DNA from: Clostridia bacterium
GTDB lineage: Bacteria > Bacillota > Clostridia > RGIG6154
Direction of reading: 5' to 3'
Assembly: GCA_045660065.1 (NCBI GenBank)
Contig: JAZRDC010000030.1
Coordinates: 35 to 64,034, forward strand
DNA length: 64,000 nt
How positions within the stretch are numbered: position 1 is the stretch's first letter; each line of letters starts with the position of its first letter. The notes below the pieces were generated by a model. The model ran no database searches, was not told the DNA's origin, and was given only the letters and a program-made list of their open reading frames with translations. The position numbers and the translations under genes are program-made. This document shows positions 10,170-21,325 of the stretch, in pieces.

Positions 10170-12041
10170 ATGACGCGTATGAACAAAATTGAAAAATATT
10201 TATCTGCCTTTGTTTCGGGTACCTCGGTGAATGCTTATGAGTTCTTGGGGTGCCACAAAAACAAGGGTAGTTTTGTTTTCAGGGTGTGGGCGCCCAATGC
10301 TGAAAAAGTGTCTGTGGTTGGTGATTTTAACAACTGGGACAATTCAGCGAACTATATGGCATATATAGGGTATGGCATCTGGGAAGGAATAATTGAGAAT
10401 GCAAAAATATATGATAATTATAAATATGCCGTAACTTCCAAAAGCGGAAAAACCGTTTTAAAGGCAGACCCTTATGCATTCCACAGCGCTACAAGACCTG
10501 ACAGCGCTTCAAAAATTTACGATGTTTCCAACTATAAGTGGACAGACAGCGAGTTTATCAAAAACAACAAAAAGAGAAATAATCTTGAAAGTCCGATGAA
10601 CATTTATGAAGTGCATTTAGGCTCATGGAAAGTCCATGATGACGGTAATCCTTACAGTTATCGTGATTTGGCAGCAGAACTTCCCCAATATGCAAAAAAT
10701 ATGGGATACACTCATATTGAGATAATGCCTGTTTCGGAATATCCTTTTGACCCTTCATGGGGGTATCAGGTAACAGGGTATTACAGTCCTACATCAAGGT
10801 ACGGAACTCCCGAAGATTTTGCTTATTTTGTAGACTCCTGCCACAAACAGGGAATTGGTGTTATCTTAGACTGGGTAGGGGCTCATTTCCCAAGAGATGA
10901 ATACGGACTTATGGATTTTGACGGGTCGCCTTGCTATGAATATGCAGACCCATTAAAAAGCGATCATCCTGACTGGGGTACAAGGATTTTTGACTACGGA
11001 AGAAACGAAGTTAAGTCTTTCCTGATTTCAAATGTTATTTTCTGGCAGAACATTTATCATATAGACGGCTTCCGTCTTGATGCAGTAGCATCTATGCTTT
11101 ATCTTGACTATGGCAAAAAAGACGGACAGTGGAGAGCAAATGCTTTTGGCGGAAATTACAATTTAGAGGCAATTGACTTTTTGAAACAACTCAATTCAGA
11201 GTCTTTTAAAAACAAGCCTGAAGTTTTAATGATTGCTGAAGAATCAACCGCTTTCCCGATGATTACAAAACCGCCATTTGACGGAGGTCTTGGTTTTAAC
11301 TTCAAGTGGAATATGGGTTGGATGAACGATATGCTTTCATATATGTCAAAAGATCCTATATTCAGAAAAGGTATGCACAACAATGTAACTTTTTCACTTA
11401 CTTACGCGTTTTCAGAAAACTTTATTCTGCCTCTTTCACACGATGAGGTTGTTCACGGAAAATGTTCAATGATTAACAAAATGCCGGGCGAATACGAAGA
11501 AAAGTTTGATAATTTAAGAGCCTTTTACGGCTATATGATGGCGCACCCGGGCAAAAAAATCAGTTTTATGGGTAATGAATTTGCTCAGTTTATAGAGTGG
11601 GATTTCAAAAAAGAACTTGACTGGTTCCTGCTCGACTATGATGCACATAAAAAAATGCACAGGTTTGTTAAAGATTTAAATGAGTTTTATCTTGAAAACT
11701 CACCTCTTTGGGAAAACGAGTCAGACTGGAACGGATTTTCATGGATTGTGCCTGATGATAACGAGCAAAGCATACTTGCTTTCAGGCGTATAAACAAAAA
11801 AGGGGAAGAAATTATTGCAGTTGTGAACTTCTGTCCTGTTGAAAGAAAAAAATATAAAATAGGAGTGCCGTATCAGGGCACATACAAGCCTGTTTTTTCC
11901 AGCGATAAAAAGATTTACGGGGGAAAGGGAATTGCTTTAAGGGCAGTTAAATCCAAAAAAGAAGCATCACACGGACTGGAAAACTCAATCAGTCTTACAA
12001 TTCCGCCTATGAGTGCGGTGTATTATAAAAAGATAGATTAA
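10170..12041 (+). CDS. glgB: 1,4-alpha-glucan branching enzyme GlgB
   Basis: 623 aa with a GH13 catalytic core (GFRLDAVASM, EESTAF) and an N-terminal CBM48-like region. Confidence 0.9.
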   Translation: MTRMNKIEKYLSAFVSGTSVNAYEFLGCHKNKGSFVFRVWAPNAEKVSVVGDFNNWDNSANYMAYIGYGIWEGIIENAKIYDNYKYAVTSKSGKTVLKADPYAFHSATRPDSASKIYDVSNYKWTDSEFIKNNKKRNNLESPMNIYEVHLGSWKVHDDGNPYSYRDLAAELPQYAKNMGYTHIEIMPVSEYPFDPSWGYQVTGYYSPTSRYGTPEDFAYFVDSCHKQGIGVILDWVGAHFPRDEYGLMDFDGSPCYEYADPLKSDHPDWGTRIFDYGRNEVKSFLISNVIFWQNIYHIDGFRLDAVASMLYLDYGKKDGQWRANAFGGNYNLEAIDFLKQLNSESFKNKPEVLMIAEESTAFPMITKPPFDGGLGFNFKWNMGWMNDMLSYMSKDPIFRKGMHNNVTFSLTYAFSENFILPLSHDEVVHGKCSMINKMPGEYEEKFDNLRAFYGYMMAHPGKKISFMGNEFAQFIEWDFKKELDWFLLDYDAHKKMHRFVKDLNEFYLENSPLWENESDWNGFSWIVPDDNEQSILAFRRINKKGEEIIAVVNFCPVERKKYKIGVPYQGTYKPVFSSDKKIYGGKGIALRAVKSKKEASHGLENSISLTIPPMSAVYYKKID

Positions 12042-12073
12042 AAACTTTTGAAAAAGTTTAAGGAGGAATATTT

Positions 12074-13246
12074 ATGCAAGGATTGCGAAAAAAATGCGTG
12101 GCTATGCTATTGGCGGGGGGACAAGGAAGCCGACTTGGGGTTTTAACAAAGCACACCGCAAAACCTGCAGTACCATTTGGGGGAAAGTACAGAATTATTG
12201 ACTTTCCATTGTCTAACTGTGTAAACTCAGGACTTGACACAGTTGGAATTATGACACAATATCAGCCGTTGGAACTTAACGATTACATCGGCAACGGAAG
12301 ACCTTGGGGATTAAATCGCAGTTTCGGTGGTGTTCACGTTCTGCCGCCTTATGCGAAAAGTAAAAAAAGTGAATGGTATAAGGGTACAGCCAATGCCATT
12401 TACCAGAACATTCATTTTGTAGACAGATATGACCCTGAATATGTTATTGTTTTATCAGGCGACCATATTTATAAAATGGATTACTCAAAGATGCTCGATT
12501 TCCACAAGGAAAAAGGTGCAGAATGTACTATTGCGGTTTTAGATGTTCCGCTTAAAGAAGCATCAAGATTCGGTATTATGAACTTAAACGAAGATGGTTC
12601 AATTTACGAATTTGAAGAAAAACCTAAAAAACCGAAAAGCACAATGGCATCTATGGGAATTTACATCTTCAATTGGAAACTTTTGAAAGAGTATCTTATT
12701 GAAGACGAAAAAAATCCTGATTCTGCAAACGATTTCGGTAAAAATATCATTCCGAAATTATTGGAAGACAACAAAAAGTTATACGCATATCTTTTTGAAG
12801 GATACTGGAAAGATGTTGGAACAATCGAAAGTCTGTGGGAAGCGAATATGGACCTTTTAGATCCTGAAATCCCTGTTGAACTTAAAGACCCGGACTTCAG
12901 AATTTATGCAAGAAACTATGCAAAACCTTCAAGTATTCTTGCACCTTCATCAGAGGCCACAAATTGCTTTATCGCAGAAGGTTGCATTATCAAGGGCAAG
13001 ACTGTAAATTCGGTTATTTCGGTAGGTTGCGAAATAGAAGAAGGTGCTGTTGTTGAAAACAGCGTTATTATGCCAAATACAATAGTTAAAAAAGGTGCAA
13101 AAATCAACTATTCAATCATTGGTGAAGATTGCATCATCGGCGAAAATGCAAAAGTCGGAACAGATGATAAAAACATCAGCGTAATCGGCCATAACAAAGA
13201 AGTACCAAATGGTATGGAAGTATCAGGTCAGGAGGTAAGTTTATGA
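12074..13246 (+). CDS. glgC: Glucose-1-phosphate adenylyltransferase GlgC (catalytic subunit)
   Basis: [13 protein letters not shown] nucleotidyltransferase motif plus a C-terminal left-handed beta-helix. Confidence 0.9.
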   Translation: MQGLRKKCVAMLLAGGQGSRLGVLTKHTAKPAVPFGGKYRIIDFPLSNCVNSGLDTVGIMTQYQPLELNDYIGNGRPWGLNRSFGGVHVLPPYAKSKKSEWYKGTANAIYQNIHFVDRYDPEYVIVLSGDHIYKMDYSKMLDFHKEKGAECTIAVLDVPLKEASRFGIMNLNEDGSIYEFEEKPKKPKSTMASMGIYIFNWKLLKEYLIEDEKNPDSANDFGKNIIPKLLEDNKKLYAYLFEGYWKDVGTIESLWEANMDLLDPEIPVELKDPDFRIYARNYAKPSSILAPSSEATNCFIAEGCIIKGKTVNSVISVGCEIEEGAVVENSVIMPNTIVKKGAKINYSIIGEDCIIGENAKVGTDDKNISVIGHNKEVPNGMEVSGQEVSL

Positions 13247-14361
13247 ACTCAATAGGTATTATTTTTTCAAATATTTACGACGCTCCAATGGGAGAACTTA
13301 CAAAAAGAAGAACTGTTGCGTCAATGCCATTCGGCGGAAGATACAGATTTGTTGACTTCGTGCTTTCAAATATGGCAAATTCAGGACTTACTTCAATCGG
13401 TATTATCACAAAATACAACTATCAGTCATTGATGGACCACTTGGGAAGCTGCAGCGAATGGGATTTAAGCAGAAAAAATTCAGGCGTGTATATTCTGCCT
13501 CCGTTTTCAACAGGTTCTACATCTGTTTACAGAGGTAATCTTGAGGCTTTGGAAAACGCACTTTCTTTCTTAAGAGCAAATAAAGCAAAGTATGTTATTA
13601 TGAGCGACACAACTGTTATATGCAACATTAACTATGAAGATGTTATTGACAGCCACAAAAAATCAGGGGCAGATGTAACTGTTATTGCGGCAAAACCAAA
13701 TGAAAATGAAACATTTACCGACAGCGACTTTTTTGTTAAAGAAAGCGATAACAAAGTTACAGACATTGCAATCGGAAAACTTATTGATAATTCCTGGCTT
13801 GTTGGTATGGGTATGTTTGTTATTGAACGCAAAAAACTCATAAGCACAATAGAAGACTATGTTGCCCGCGGAAGATTCAGTTTTGAAAAAGATTTCCTTC
13901 AGGGCAGATTTATTGACGGAGATTTAACTCTTAACGTTTACAAATTTGAAAAAACTATTTTAAGAAATCACAGTGTAAAATCATATTTTGACAATAATTT
14001 CAAACTTATGGATATAAAAGTTCATGATGAGATTTTCGCTAAAAATGCTCCGATTTATACAAAAGTACGCGACGAAGCGCCAACATACTATCACAAGAAT
14101 TCTTCTGTTAAAGGCTGCATTATCGCAGACGGTTGCACAATGATCGGAAATGCAGAAAACTCAATTTTCTTCCGTGATGTTCACTTAAAATCAGGTGCAA
14201 CTGTTAAGAATTCTATCATAATGCAGGGTTCAAAAATCGGGAAAAATGCAACTTTAGAATATGTTATAGTTGACAAAAACGTAAAAATAGAGGATAATGT
14301 ATCTTTAAAGGGTTCACCGGAAATTCCGCTTATTATTCCGAAAGGAACCACCGTATCATAA
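13243..14361 (+). CDS. glgD: Glucose-1-phosphate adenylyltransferase regulatory subunit GlgD
   Basis: Paralog of GlgC with a degenerate N-terminal motif ([12 protein letters not shown]), translationally coupled to glgC. This is the typical Firmicutes glgCD pair. Confidence 0.85.
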   Translation: MNSIGIIFSNIYDAPMGELTKRRTVASMPFGGRYRFVDFVLSNMANSGLTSIGIITKYNYQSLMDHLGSCSEWDLSRKNSGVYILPPFSTGSTSVYRGNLEALENALSFLRANKAKYVIMSDTTVICNINYEDVIDSHKKSGADVTVIAAKPNENETFTDSDFFVKESDNKVTDIAIGKLIDNSWLVGMGMFVIERKKLISTIEDYVARGRFSFEKDFLQGRFIDGDLTLNVYKFEKTILRNHSVKSYFDNNFKLMDIKVHDEIFAKNAPIYTKVRDEAPTYYHKNSSVKGCIIADGCTMIGNAENSIFFRDVHLKSGATVKNSIIMQGSKIGKNATLEYVIVDKNVKIEDNVSLKGSPEIPLIIPKGTTVS

Positions 14362-14385
14362 TTCAGGACTAAAAAGGAGTATTAA

Positions 14386-15837
14386 ATGAACATATTATAT
14401 GCGGCAAGTGAGGCTATGCCTTATGTGAAATCAGGGGGGCTGGGAGACGTTGCAGGCTCCCTTCCTGTTGAACTTACAAAAATTAAAGGCACAAAGGCGG
14501 CTGTAATTCTGCCATACTACGGGAAAATCAAAAACAACAAGGATTTAGATATTGAATATATTGGCTCATTTTCTGTTCCCCTTGCGTGGAGACAGGTTTA
14601 CGCCGGACTTTTCAAGGTAGTTCACAAAAATAAAGGCGTTGGTAAAAACAAACGCGAAGATTTAATTTATTATTTTATCGACAACGACTATTATTTTGCT
14701 GCCGACGGCTACGGCTATTATAACGACGGAGAACGTTTTGCGTTTTTCTCAAAAGCAGTTTTAGAAGCAATTCCGCTTCTTGATTTTGAGCCTGACATTA
14801 TTCACTGTAACGACTGGCAGACAGGCTTTGTTCCGCTTTTCTTAAAAGCTCATTATCAGGCGCAAGGTCTTTACGGAAATATTAAAACTGTACTTACAAT
14901 TCACAATATTGAGTATCAGGGAAAAGCAAATCCTGATTTCAGAGCAGAAGTTTTAGGCGTAGGCGAGGAATGGACAAATGTTATCACATTTGACAACTGT
15001 GTAAACGCATTAAAAACAGGAATTGTACTTGCAGACAAAATTACAACCGTATCTGAAACATACGCTCACGAGATTTGCCACGCATTTTTTGCTCACGGTT
15101 TAGAAAATATTTTAAGAGAAAATTCATACAAACTTACAGGTGTTGTAAACGGAATTGACGATAAACTTTACAATCCTAAAGAAGACGAAGTTATAAAAGA
15201 AAAGTTTTCTCCAACTAATTTCAAAGGTAAGGCGGCTTGTAAAAAGTATCTTCAGGAAAAATTGGGGCTGGAAGTAAATCCTGATATTCCTGTTGTTGCA
15301 ATGATTTCAAGACTTGTTTCACACAAAGGTCTTGACCTGGTTGAATATGTAGCCCACGACCTTATAAATCTTGGAGTTCAACTTGTGGTTTTGGGAACAG
15401 GGGATAAAAAATACGAGGATTTATTTAATTTCCTTGCTTATTCCTACCCTGACAAGGTATCGGCAAACATTACATTTTCAGCAAGTTTGGCAAAAGAAAT
15501 TTATGCAGGAGCAGACTTTTTCTTAATGCCGTCAAAAAGCGAACCTTGTGGTCTTTCTCAACTTATCGCAATGAGATATGCAACTGTTCCGATTGTTCGT
15601 GAAACAGGCGGTCTTGTTGACACAGTGCCTCCGATTAATCCTGAAACAATGGAAGGGGTTGGCTTTACATTCAAAGGCTATAACGCTCACGATATGTTAG
15701 GTGCAGTAAGCCGTGCGAAAGATTTTTATCACTTTGACAAAGACAAACTTAATGTGGTTATGAAGAAAATTTCATCACTTGATCTGGGATGGAAAACTTC
15801 TGCCGCAAAATATATGGATATATATTTGAAGCTTTAG
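14386..15837 (+). CDS. glgA: Glycogen synthase GlgA (ADP-glucose type)
   Basis: N-terminal KSGGLGDV motif and a GT-B fold, 483 aa. Confidence 0.9.
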   Translation: MNILYAASEAMPYVKSGGLGDVAGSLPVELTKIKGTKAAVILPYYGKIKNNKDLDIEYIGSFSVPLAWRQVYAGLFKVVHKNKGVGKNKREDLIYYFIDNDYYFAADGYGYYNDGERFAFFSKAVLEAIPLLDFEPDIIHCNDWQTGFVPLFLKAHYQAQGLYGNIKTVLTIHNIEYQGKANPDFRAEVLGVGEEWTNVITFDNCVNALKTGIVLADKITTVSETYAHEICHAFFAHGLENILRENSYKLTGVVNGIDDKLYNPKEDEVIKEKFSPTNFKGKAACKKYLQEKLGLEVNPDIPVVAMISRLVSHKGLDLVEYVAHDLINLGVQLVVLGTGDKKYEDLFNFLAYSYPDKVSANITFSASLAKEIYAGADFFLMPSKSEPCGLSQLIAMRYATVPIVRETGGLVDTVPPINPETMEGVGFTFKGYNAHDMLGAVSRAKDFYHFDKDKLNVVMKKISSLDLGWKTSAAKYMDIYLKL

Positions 15838-15855
15838 AAAGGACATTTTAATTAA

Positions 15856-18267
15856 ATGAAAAAAGAATCAAAAGCAATACTTAAAACTTTAGACGAAAGA
15901 TGTCTTTTAGAGTTCGGCTGCGAACTCAAAAACGCAACAAAAAAGCAGATTTACAAAACAGTCTGCCTTACTGTGCGCGACATCTTAATCGAAAAAAATA
16001 TCGCCTTCAATAAAGAAGTAAGCGACAACGAGGGCAAACAGGCATATTATATGTCAATGGAATTTTTGGTGGGAACATCTTTAAAGAACAATCTTTTCAA
16101 TCTTTCTTTAACTGAAAATTATGAAGAAGCATTAAAAAGCGTTGGCGCAGACATAAATGAACTTTACGAGATGGAACCTGATGCAGGTCTTGGTAACGGC
16201 GGTTTGGGAAGACTCGCGTCTTGCTATATGGACTCTCTTACAACCTGCGGAATTCCTGCAACAGGATTTTCAATTCGTTACGAGTTTGGTATTTTCAAAC
16301 AGAAAATTATTGACGGCTGGCAGATGGAATTCCCTGATGACTGGCTCAAAGACGGGGAAGTATGGCTTCAGGCTCGTCCTGATGAATCTGTTGAAGTTAA
16401 ATTCGGCGGATATGTAAACGAGTATTTTGACGATAACGGTTATCACGCAGAACATGTTGATTACAGCACAGTTTTGGCGGTGCCTTATGATATGTTTATT
16501 TCAGGCTACAGTTCAAATGCAGTAAATAAACTTGTTCTCTGGAGTGCAAAATCACCAAAAAGCATTGATATGACTGCTTTTTCAAGAGGTGATTATGCAA
16601 AAGCATTGGAAGAAAACACAAAGGCAGAAGTTATTTCAAAAATTCTTTACCCTGCAGATGACCATTTAGACGGCAAAATTCTCCGTGTTAAACAGCAGTA
16701 TTTCTTTGTGTGCGCATCTCTTCAGAACATTGTTTCAAAACATATGAAAAAGTATGGCACACTTGATAATTTGGGAGATAAAGTTGCAGTTCATATCAAC
16801 GATACTCATCCTGCACTTTGCGTTCCTGAACTTATGAGAATTTTAATGGACGAATACGGCTACGGTTGGGATGATGCATGGGCAATTTGCCAGAAAACAT
16901 TAACTTACACAAACCATACAGTTATGAGCGAAGCATTAGAACGCTGGAACGAAGGTATGTTTAAGTCTGTTCTTCCAAGAATTTATCAGATTGTTTGCGA
17001 AATCAACCGTCGTTTGGTATCTGACCTTAATCAGATTTATCCTGGCGATATTGCAAAAATCGAATATATGTCAATTCTTGCAAACGGTGAAGTAAGAATG
17101 GCAAATCTGTGTCTTGCATGTTGCCACAAAATCAACGGCGTTTCAAAACTCCACAGTGATATTTTAGTTAACAGTATTTTTAGAGATTATTATAATGTTG
17201 ACAAAGAAAAATTCACAAATGTAACCAACGGTATTGCATACAGAAGATGGCTTTGTCAGGCAAACCCTGAACTTACAACTTACATTGAAAGTTTAATCGG
17301 TGGCGGATTTAAAAACGACGCAAAAGAATTAGAAAAACTCTTGAAATTCCAGAACGATAAAGAAGTTTTGGAAAACTTAAGAAAAATCAAGAGAGTTAAA
17401 AAAGTTCAACTTGCAGATTACATTTCAAGAGTAAATGGCGTAAATGTTGACCCTGACTCAATCTTTGATATTCAGATCAAGCGTCTTCACGAATATAAGC
17501 GTCAGCTTTTAAACGCTTTGCAGATTCTTCATATGTATAGAAAACTCAAGGAAAATCCGAATTTGGATATTCCGCCGAGAACATTTGTTTTTGCGGCTAA
17601 AGCATCTTCAGGATACTTTATGGCAAAACAGATTATAAGATTAATTGTTGCAATTTCAAACACAATTAATGCAGACCCTCAGGTAAGAGATAAGTTAAAA
17701 GTTGTGTTTATTGAAGATTACAAAGTATCATTGGCTGAAATTATTATTCCTGCTGCCGATATTTCAGAGCAGATTTCAATTGCAGGTAAAGAAGCATCAG
17801 GTACAGGTAATATGAAACTTATGATCAATGGTGCGGTTACCCTTGGTACTTTAGATGGTGCGAATGTTGAAATCGCAGAAGCAGTTGGCGAAGATAATAT
17901 TTTCTTGTTCGGTCTTAAGGCACACGAAGTTGAAGCACTCTGGCAGAGAGGATATTCTCCAACAGACTTCATCAGCACAAATCACGACCTTAAAGCGGTT
18001 TTGGATATGCTTACATCTAATGTTTTGGGTGCAAGATTTGACGATATTGCAAAATCACTTTTAACCAACGGATTTGGCGTTGCAGATGCTTATATGACAA
18101 TTGCAGACTTTGACTCTTATGTTAAAGCACAAGAGCGTGTTGGACAAACATATAAAGATACTATGAAGTTTGCAAATATGTCTTTGGTTAATACTGCAAA
18201 GGCTGGTATTTTCTCAGCAGACAGAGCAGTTAAGGAATATGCAGACGATATTTGGCATATCAAATAG
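15856..18267 (+). CDS. glgP: Glycogen/alpha-glucan phosphorylase GlgP
   Basis: 803 aa with the PLP-lysine motif EASGTGNMK. Confidence 0.9.
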   Translation: MKKESKAILKTLDERCLLEFGCELKNATKKQIYKTVCLTVRDILIEKNIAFNKEVSDNEGKQAYYMSMEFLVGTSLKNNLFNLSLTENYEEALKSVGADINELYEMEPDAGLGNGGLGRLASCYMDSLTTCGIPATGFSIRYEFGIFKQKIIDGWQMEFPDDWLKDGEVWLQARPDESVEVKFGGYVNEYFDDNGYHAEHVDYSTVLAVPYDMFISGYSSNAVNKLVLWSAKSPKSIDMTAFSRGDYAKALEENTKAEVISKILYPADDHLDGKILRVKQQYFFVCASLQNIVSKHMKKYGTLDNLGDKVAVHINDTHPALCVPELMRILMDEYGYGWDDAWAICQKTLTYTNHTVMSEALERWNEGMFKSVLPRIYQIVCEINRRLVSDLNQIYPGDIAKIEYMSILANGEVRMANLCLACCHKINGVSKLHSDILVNSIFRDYYNVDKEKFTNVTNGIAYRRWLCQANPELTTYIESLIGGGFKNDAKELEKLLKFQNDKEVLENLRKIKRVKKVQLADYISRVNGVNVDPDSIFDIQIKRLHEYKRQLLNALQILHMYRKLKENPNLDIPPRTFVFAAKASSGYFMAKQIIRLIVAISNTINADPQVRDKLKVVFIEDYKVSLAEIIIPAADISEQISIAGKEASGTGNMKLMINGAVTLGTLDGANVEIAEAVGEDNIFLFGLKAHEVEALWQRGYSPTDFISTNHDLKAVLDMLTSNVLGARFDDIAKSLLTNGFGVADAYMTIADFDSYVKAQERVGQTYKDTMKFANMSLVNTAKAGIFSADRAVKEYADDIWHIK

Positions 18268-18354
18268 GGAATGTTAAAAATGCCCAGAGCGCAAAAAGGC
18301 GATGATTATTATAGCAGGTTAGCTTGAAAAATATAATAAGCATACTGAAAGAAG

Positions 18355-18385
18355 AAAAATCGCGGATAAATTCGCGATTTTTCCT
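18355..18385 (+). terminator. Rho-independent terminator after glgP
   Basis: Hairpin aaATCGCG-gataaatt-CGCGATtttt followed by a T-run. Confidence 0.6.
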
Positions 18386-18570
18386 TTTATTCAGCCTTTT
18401 TGCTACGAAAAAACTTCACCTCTCGGCGTATACACCATACGCCTTCGGGTACCCAAACACCAAAGGAAGCCTTTGGCGTTTGTTCAGTTTTTCCGTTCTG
18501 AACATTTTTTCCTATTCCCTGGCGAGAATGTAAAAACTCAGAGAGTTTTTTGATTTAATGCGAGGTAGTA

Positions 18571-20391
18571 ATGAGAATCTTATTTGACAGTAAAAATTTA
18601 ATACACAAAAATCCTTTTGGGGCGCTAAAAGAAAATCAGGGGTGCGAGTTTAACATTCATATTCCTGAAAGTTGTCAGACCAAAGAGGTTTATATTGTTT
18701 TTGAAACTGATGATGGTTTTTACAAGTCATTTCCATTGGTAAAAAAAGAAACAAGGGATTTTTATGATATTTTCGGTGGGAATATTGCAATTCCTGACAG
18801 GGGGCTTTACTTTTACTATTTTGAAGTAAAGACCAACGGTTCTGATTTTATGCTCTACAAGGAGGGACAAGCCGATACTAACATCGGTGTTGGTGAAAAG
18901 TGGCAACTTACCTGCTTTAAAGAAGGCTATGATGTGCCCGGTTGGGCAAAAGGTGCGGTGTACTATCAGATTTTCCCCGACAGATTTAATATTTCGGGGC
19001 AAAATGATTTGTCTGAAAAATTAGGCCCTTTTACAATTCACCAAAATACTGATGAATGTCCTTATTATTTGCCTGTAGACGGTGAAATTTTAAATAACGA
19101 TTTTTATGGCGGTACTTTAAAGGGTATAGAAGAAAAACTTTCTTACCTTGAAGATTTGGGGGTAAGTGTTATATACTTAAATCCAATATTTATGGCTTAT
19201 TCAAACCACCGCTATGATACCTGCGATTATAAAAAAATTGATCCTATGCTTGGCAGTGAAGATGACTTTGTAAGTCTTTGTGAAAATGCTCATAAAAGAG
19301 GTATGAAAATCATTTTAGACGGAGTTTTTTCACATACCGGAAGCGACAGCGTTTATTTTGACAAGAAAAATCGTTTTGGTACAGGTGCTTATACTAACGA
19401 TACATCAAGATATAAAAAATGGTACAAATTCAAAAATTACCCCAATGAATACGACAGTTGGTGGGGGATTGACACACTTCCTGCAATTGACAAAACTAAC
19501 GAAGATTACATAAGTTATCTGATTGAAGAAGAAAACAGTGTTATTGAGTATTGGCTGAAAAAAGGTGCAGACGGATATCGTTTAGATGTTGCAGACGAGT
19601 TAGGAAGCGAGTTTATTGAAAGGCTTTCTAAAAAAGTCAAGGCAGTAAATCCTGATGCTATTGTTATGGGGGAAGTGTGGGAAGATGCTTCAAACAAGGT
19701 GAGTTACGGAGTAAGGCAGAAATATCTTCAGGGCAGTCAACTTGACTCTGTTATGAACTATCCCTTTAAAAACGGAATTATAAATTTATTGCTTGGAAAT
19801 ACAAGTATTTCAGGGTTTGAAAATATGGTTATGACCATTTGTGAAAACTATCCAAAGCCCATACTTGATTCTGTTATGAATTTACTGTCAACTCACGATA
19901 CTCCGAGAATTTTAACTATTTTAGGTGAAAGTGATTTTTCAATTTCAAGAGAGCAAAAAGCCGAAAGTAAATTAGAAGGCAAAATGCTTCATCTTGCTTA
20001 TGAAAGACTTTTCTGTGCACTTTTCCTTGAGTTTATGCTCCCAGGTAGCCCTTGTATATATTACGGCGACGAAATTGGTATGCAAGGCTTTGAGGACCCA
20101 TTTAACAGAAGATTTTTTGACTGGTCAAAAACAGGCGGTATGCTTGGTGAGTTCTGCAAGAATTTGTCAAAACTTAAAAATGAGTATGATGCTTTGAAAA
20201 CAGGTGATATAAGTTTTTGCTCTGAGGGCGATGTTCTTAAATTCGCAAGAGATAATATTGAGTGCATTTTAAATTTAGGAAGTGAGCCGATAGAGGTACA
20301 AAAAGATGTGCTTATTTCCAAAAACTCTGAATGTTTTGGCGAAAAAAGATATATTTTAAAGCACGGATTTTGTGCATATATTAAATCTTGA
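18571..20391 (+). CDS. GH13 alpha-amylase-family glycosidase (neopullulanase/cyclomaltodextrinase-like, with N-terminal domain)
   Basis: GH13 conserved regions DGVFSHTG, GYRLDVADEL, MGEVWED and LLSTHDTPR, 606 aa. Confidence 0.8.
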   Translation: MRILFDSKNLIHKNPFGALKENQGCEFNIHIPESCQTKEVYIVFETDDGFYKSFPLVKKETRDFYDIFGGNIAIPDRGLYFYYFEVKTNGSDFMLYKEGQADTNIGVGEKWQLTCFKEGYDVPGWAKGAVYYQIFPDRFNISGQNDLSEKLGPFTIHQNTDECPYYLPVDGEILNNDFYGGTLKGIEEKLSYLEDLGVSVIYLNPIFMAYSNHRYDTCDYKKIDPMLGSEDDFVSLCENAHKRGMKIILDGVFSHTGSDSVYFDKKNRFGTGAYTNDTSRYKKWYKFKNYPNEYDSWWGIDTLPAIDKTNEDYISYLIEEENSVIEYWLKKGADGYRLDVADELGSEFIERLSKKVKAVNPDAIVMGEVWEDASNKVSYGVRQKYLQGSQLDSVMNYPFKNGIINLLLGNTSISGFENMVMTICENYPKPILDSVMNLLSTHDTPRILTILGESDFSISREQKAESKLEGKMLHLAYERLFCALFLEFMLPGSPCIYYGDEIGMQGFEDPFNRRFFDWSKTGGMLGEFCKNLSKLKNEYDALKTGDISFCSEGDVLKFARDNIECILNLGSEPIEVQKDVLISKNSECFGEKRYILKHGFCAYIKS

Positions 20392-20417
20392 CAATATAAT
20401 ATTAGTGTGCTAAAATA

Positions 20418-20585
20418 AATTTAGCTTCGGGGCAGGGTGTAATTCCCTACCGGCGGTTAAAGCCCGCGAGCGCATTTGCGCTGATTTGGTGAAATTCCAG
20501 AGCCGACGGTATAGTCCGGATGATAGAAGCAGGTTTATATCATAAACTTTTTGCCCCTTTGCATTATAAGGGGCTTTTTTTGTCC
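20418..20585 (+). promoter_or_regulatory. FMN riboswitch (RFN element) with intrinsic terminator
   Basis: CTTCGGGGCAGGGTG.AATTCCCTACCGGCGGT...AGCCGACGGTATAGTCCGGATGATAGAAG matches the RFN consensus. Terminator GCCCCTT-tgcattat-AAGGGGC followed by a T-run sits immediately upstream of ribU. Confidence 0.85.
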
Positions 20586-20609
20586 CGAAAAATGAAAGGA
20601 CGATCAACT

Positions 20610-21152
20610 ATGAACAAAGAAAATTTAAGAAAACTTACGGCAATGGGAATGCTTTGCGCAATATCGGTGGTACTTGTGTGGCTTATTCATTTCCCGATTT
20701 TCCCTGCGGCTGCATTTTTGGAATATGACCCTGCAGATATCCCTATTTTTATAGGCGCATTTTCTTTCGGGCCTGTTGCGGGACTTATTTTAACAATCGT
20801 AACATCAATAATTCAGGGCACAACAGTTTCTGCCTCAAGCGGGGTTTACGGAATTATAATGCACATAATTTCAACAGGAAGTTTTTGCCTTACATCAGGA
20901 CTTGTTTATAAAAAAATCCGAACAAAAAAAGGCGCAGCAATTTCTTTGATTGTGGGAGTTTTAACAATGACACTTGTTATGATTCCTGCAAACCTTTTTA
21001 TAACACCATACTTTATGGGGGCGCCCGTTTCGGTAATAAAAGGACTGCTGCTTCCTGCAATTATCCCATTTAACTTCACAAAAGCCACAGTAAACTCGAT
21101 CATTACATTTTTCCTTTATAAAAGAATATCAAAACTGTGGGAAAGAAGATAA
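20610..21152 (+). CDS. ribU: ECF transporter S component for riboflavin (RibU)
   Basis: 180-aa protein with six predicted TM helices directly downstream of the FMN riboswitch. The start was trimmed from the ORF-track 20520, which would have translated through the riboswitch, to the Met with an RBS. Confidence 0.8.
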   Translation: MNKENLRKLTAMGMLCAISVVLVWLIHFPIFPAAAFLEYDPADIPIFIGAFSFGPVAGLILTIVTSIIQGTTVSASSGVYGIIMHIISTGSFCLTSGLVYKKIRTKKGAAISLIVGVLTMTLVMIPANLFITPYFMGAPVSVIKGLLLPAIIPFNFTKATVNSIITFFLYKRISKLWERR

Positions 21153-21185
21153 TTTATGGATAAGGACAACAAAATCATTAAATCA

Positions 21186-21215
21186 ACAAAAGTCAGGACA
21201 TGTGCCTGACTTTTT
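21186..21215. terminator. Palindromic bidirectional terminator element (copy 1)
   Basis: aaaAGTCAGG-acatgtg-CCTGACTtttt. The same element, with the loop inverted, recurs at 62305-62335. Confidence 0.5.
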
Positions 21216-21325
21216 ATTCCTATAAATTTGAAAACACCCGATAAAAATCGGGTGTTTTGTGCGAACGAACAAATTTGCAAAACCAATCAGGAATGAATAT
21301 TCCTGATTGAAGCGCTATGCGCGCT

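Noticed and set aside
20520-20609. ORF-track N-terminal extension of ribU (start at 20520)
   Set aside because: The extension would be translated through the FMN riboswitch aptamer and terminator. The Met at 20610 has an RBS and gives a normal S-component length.
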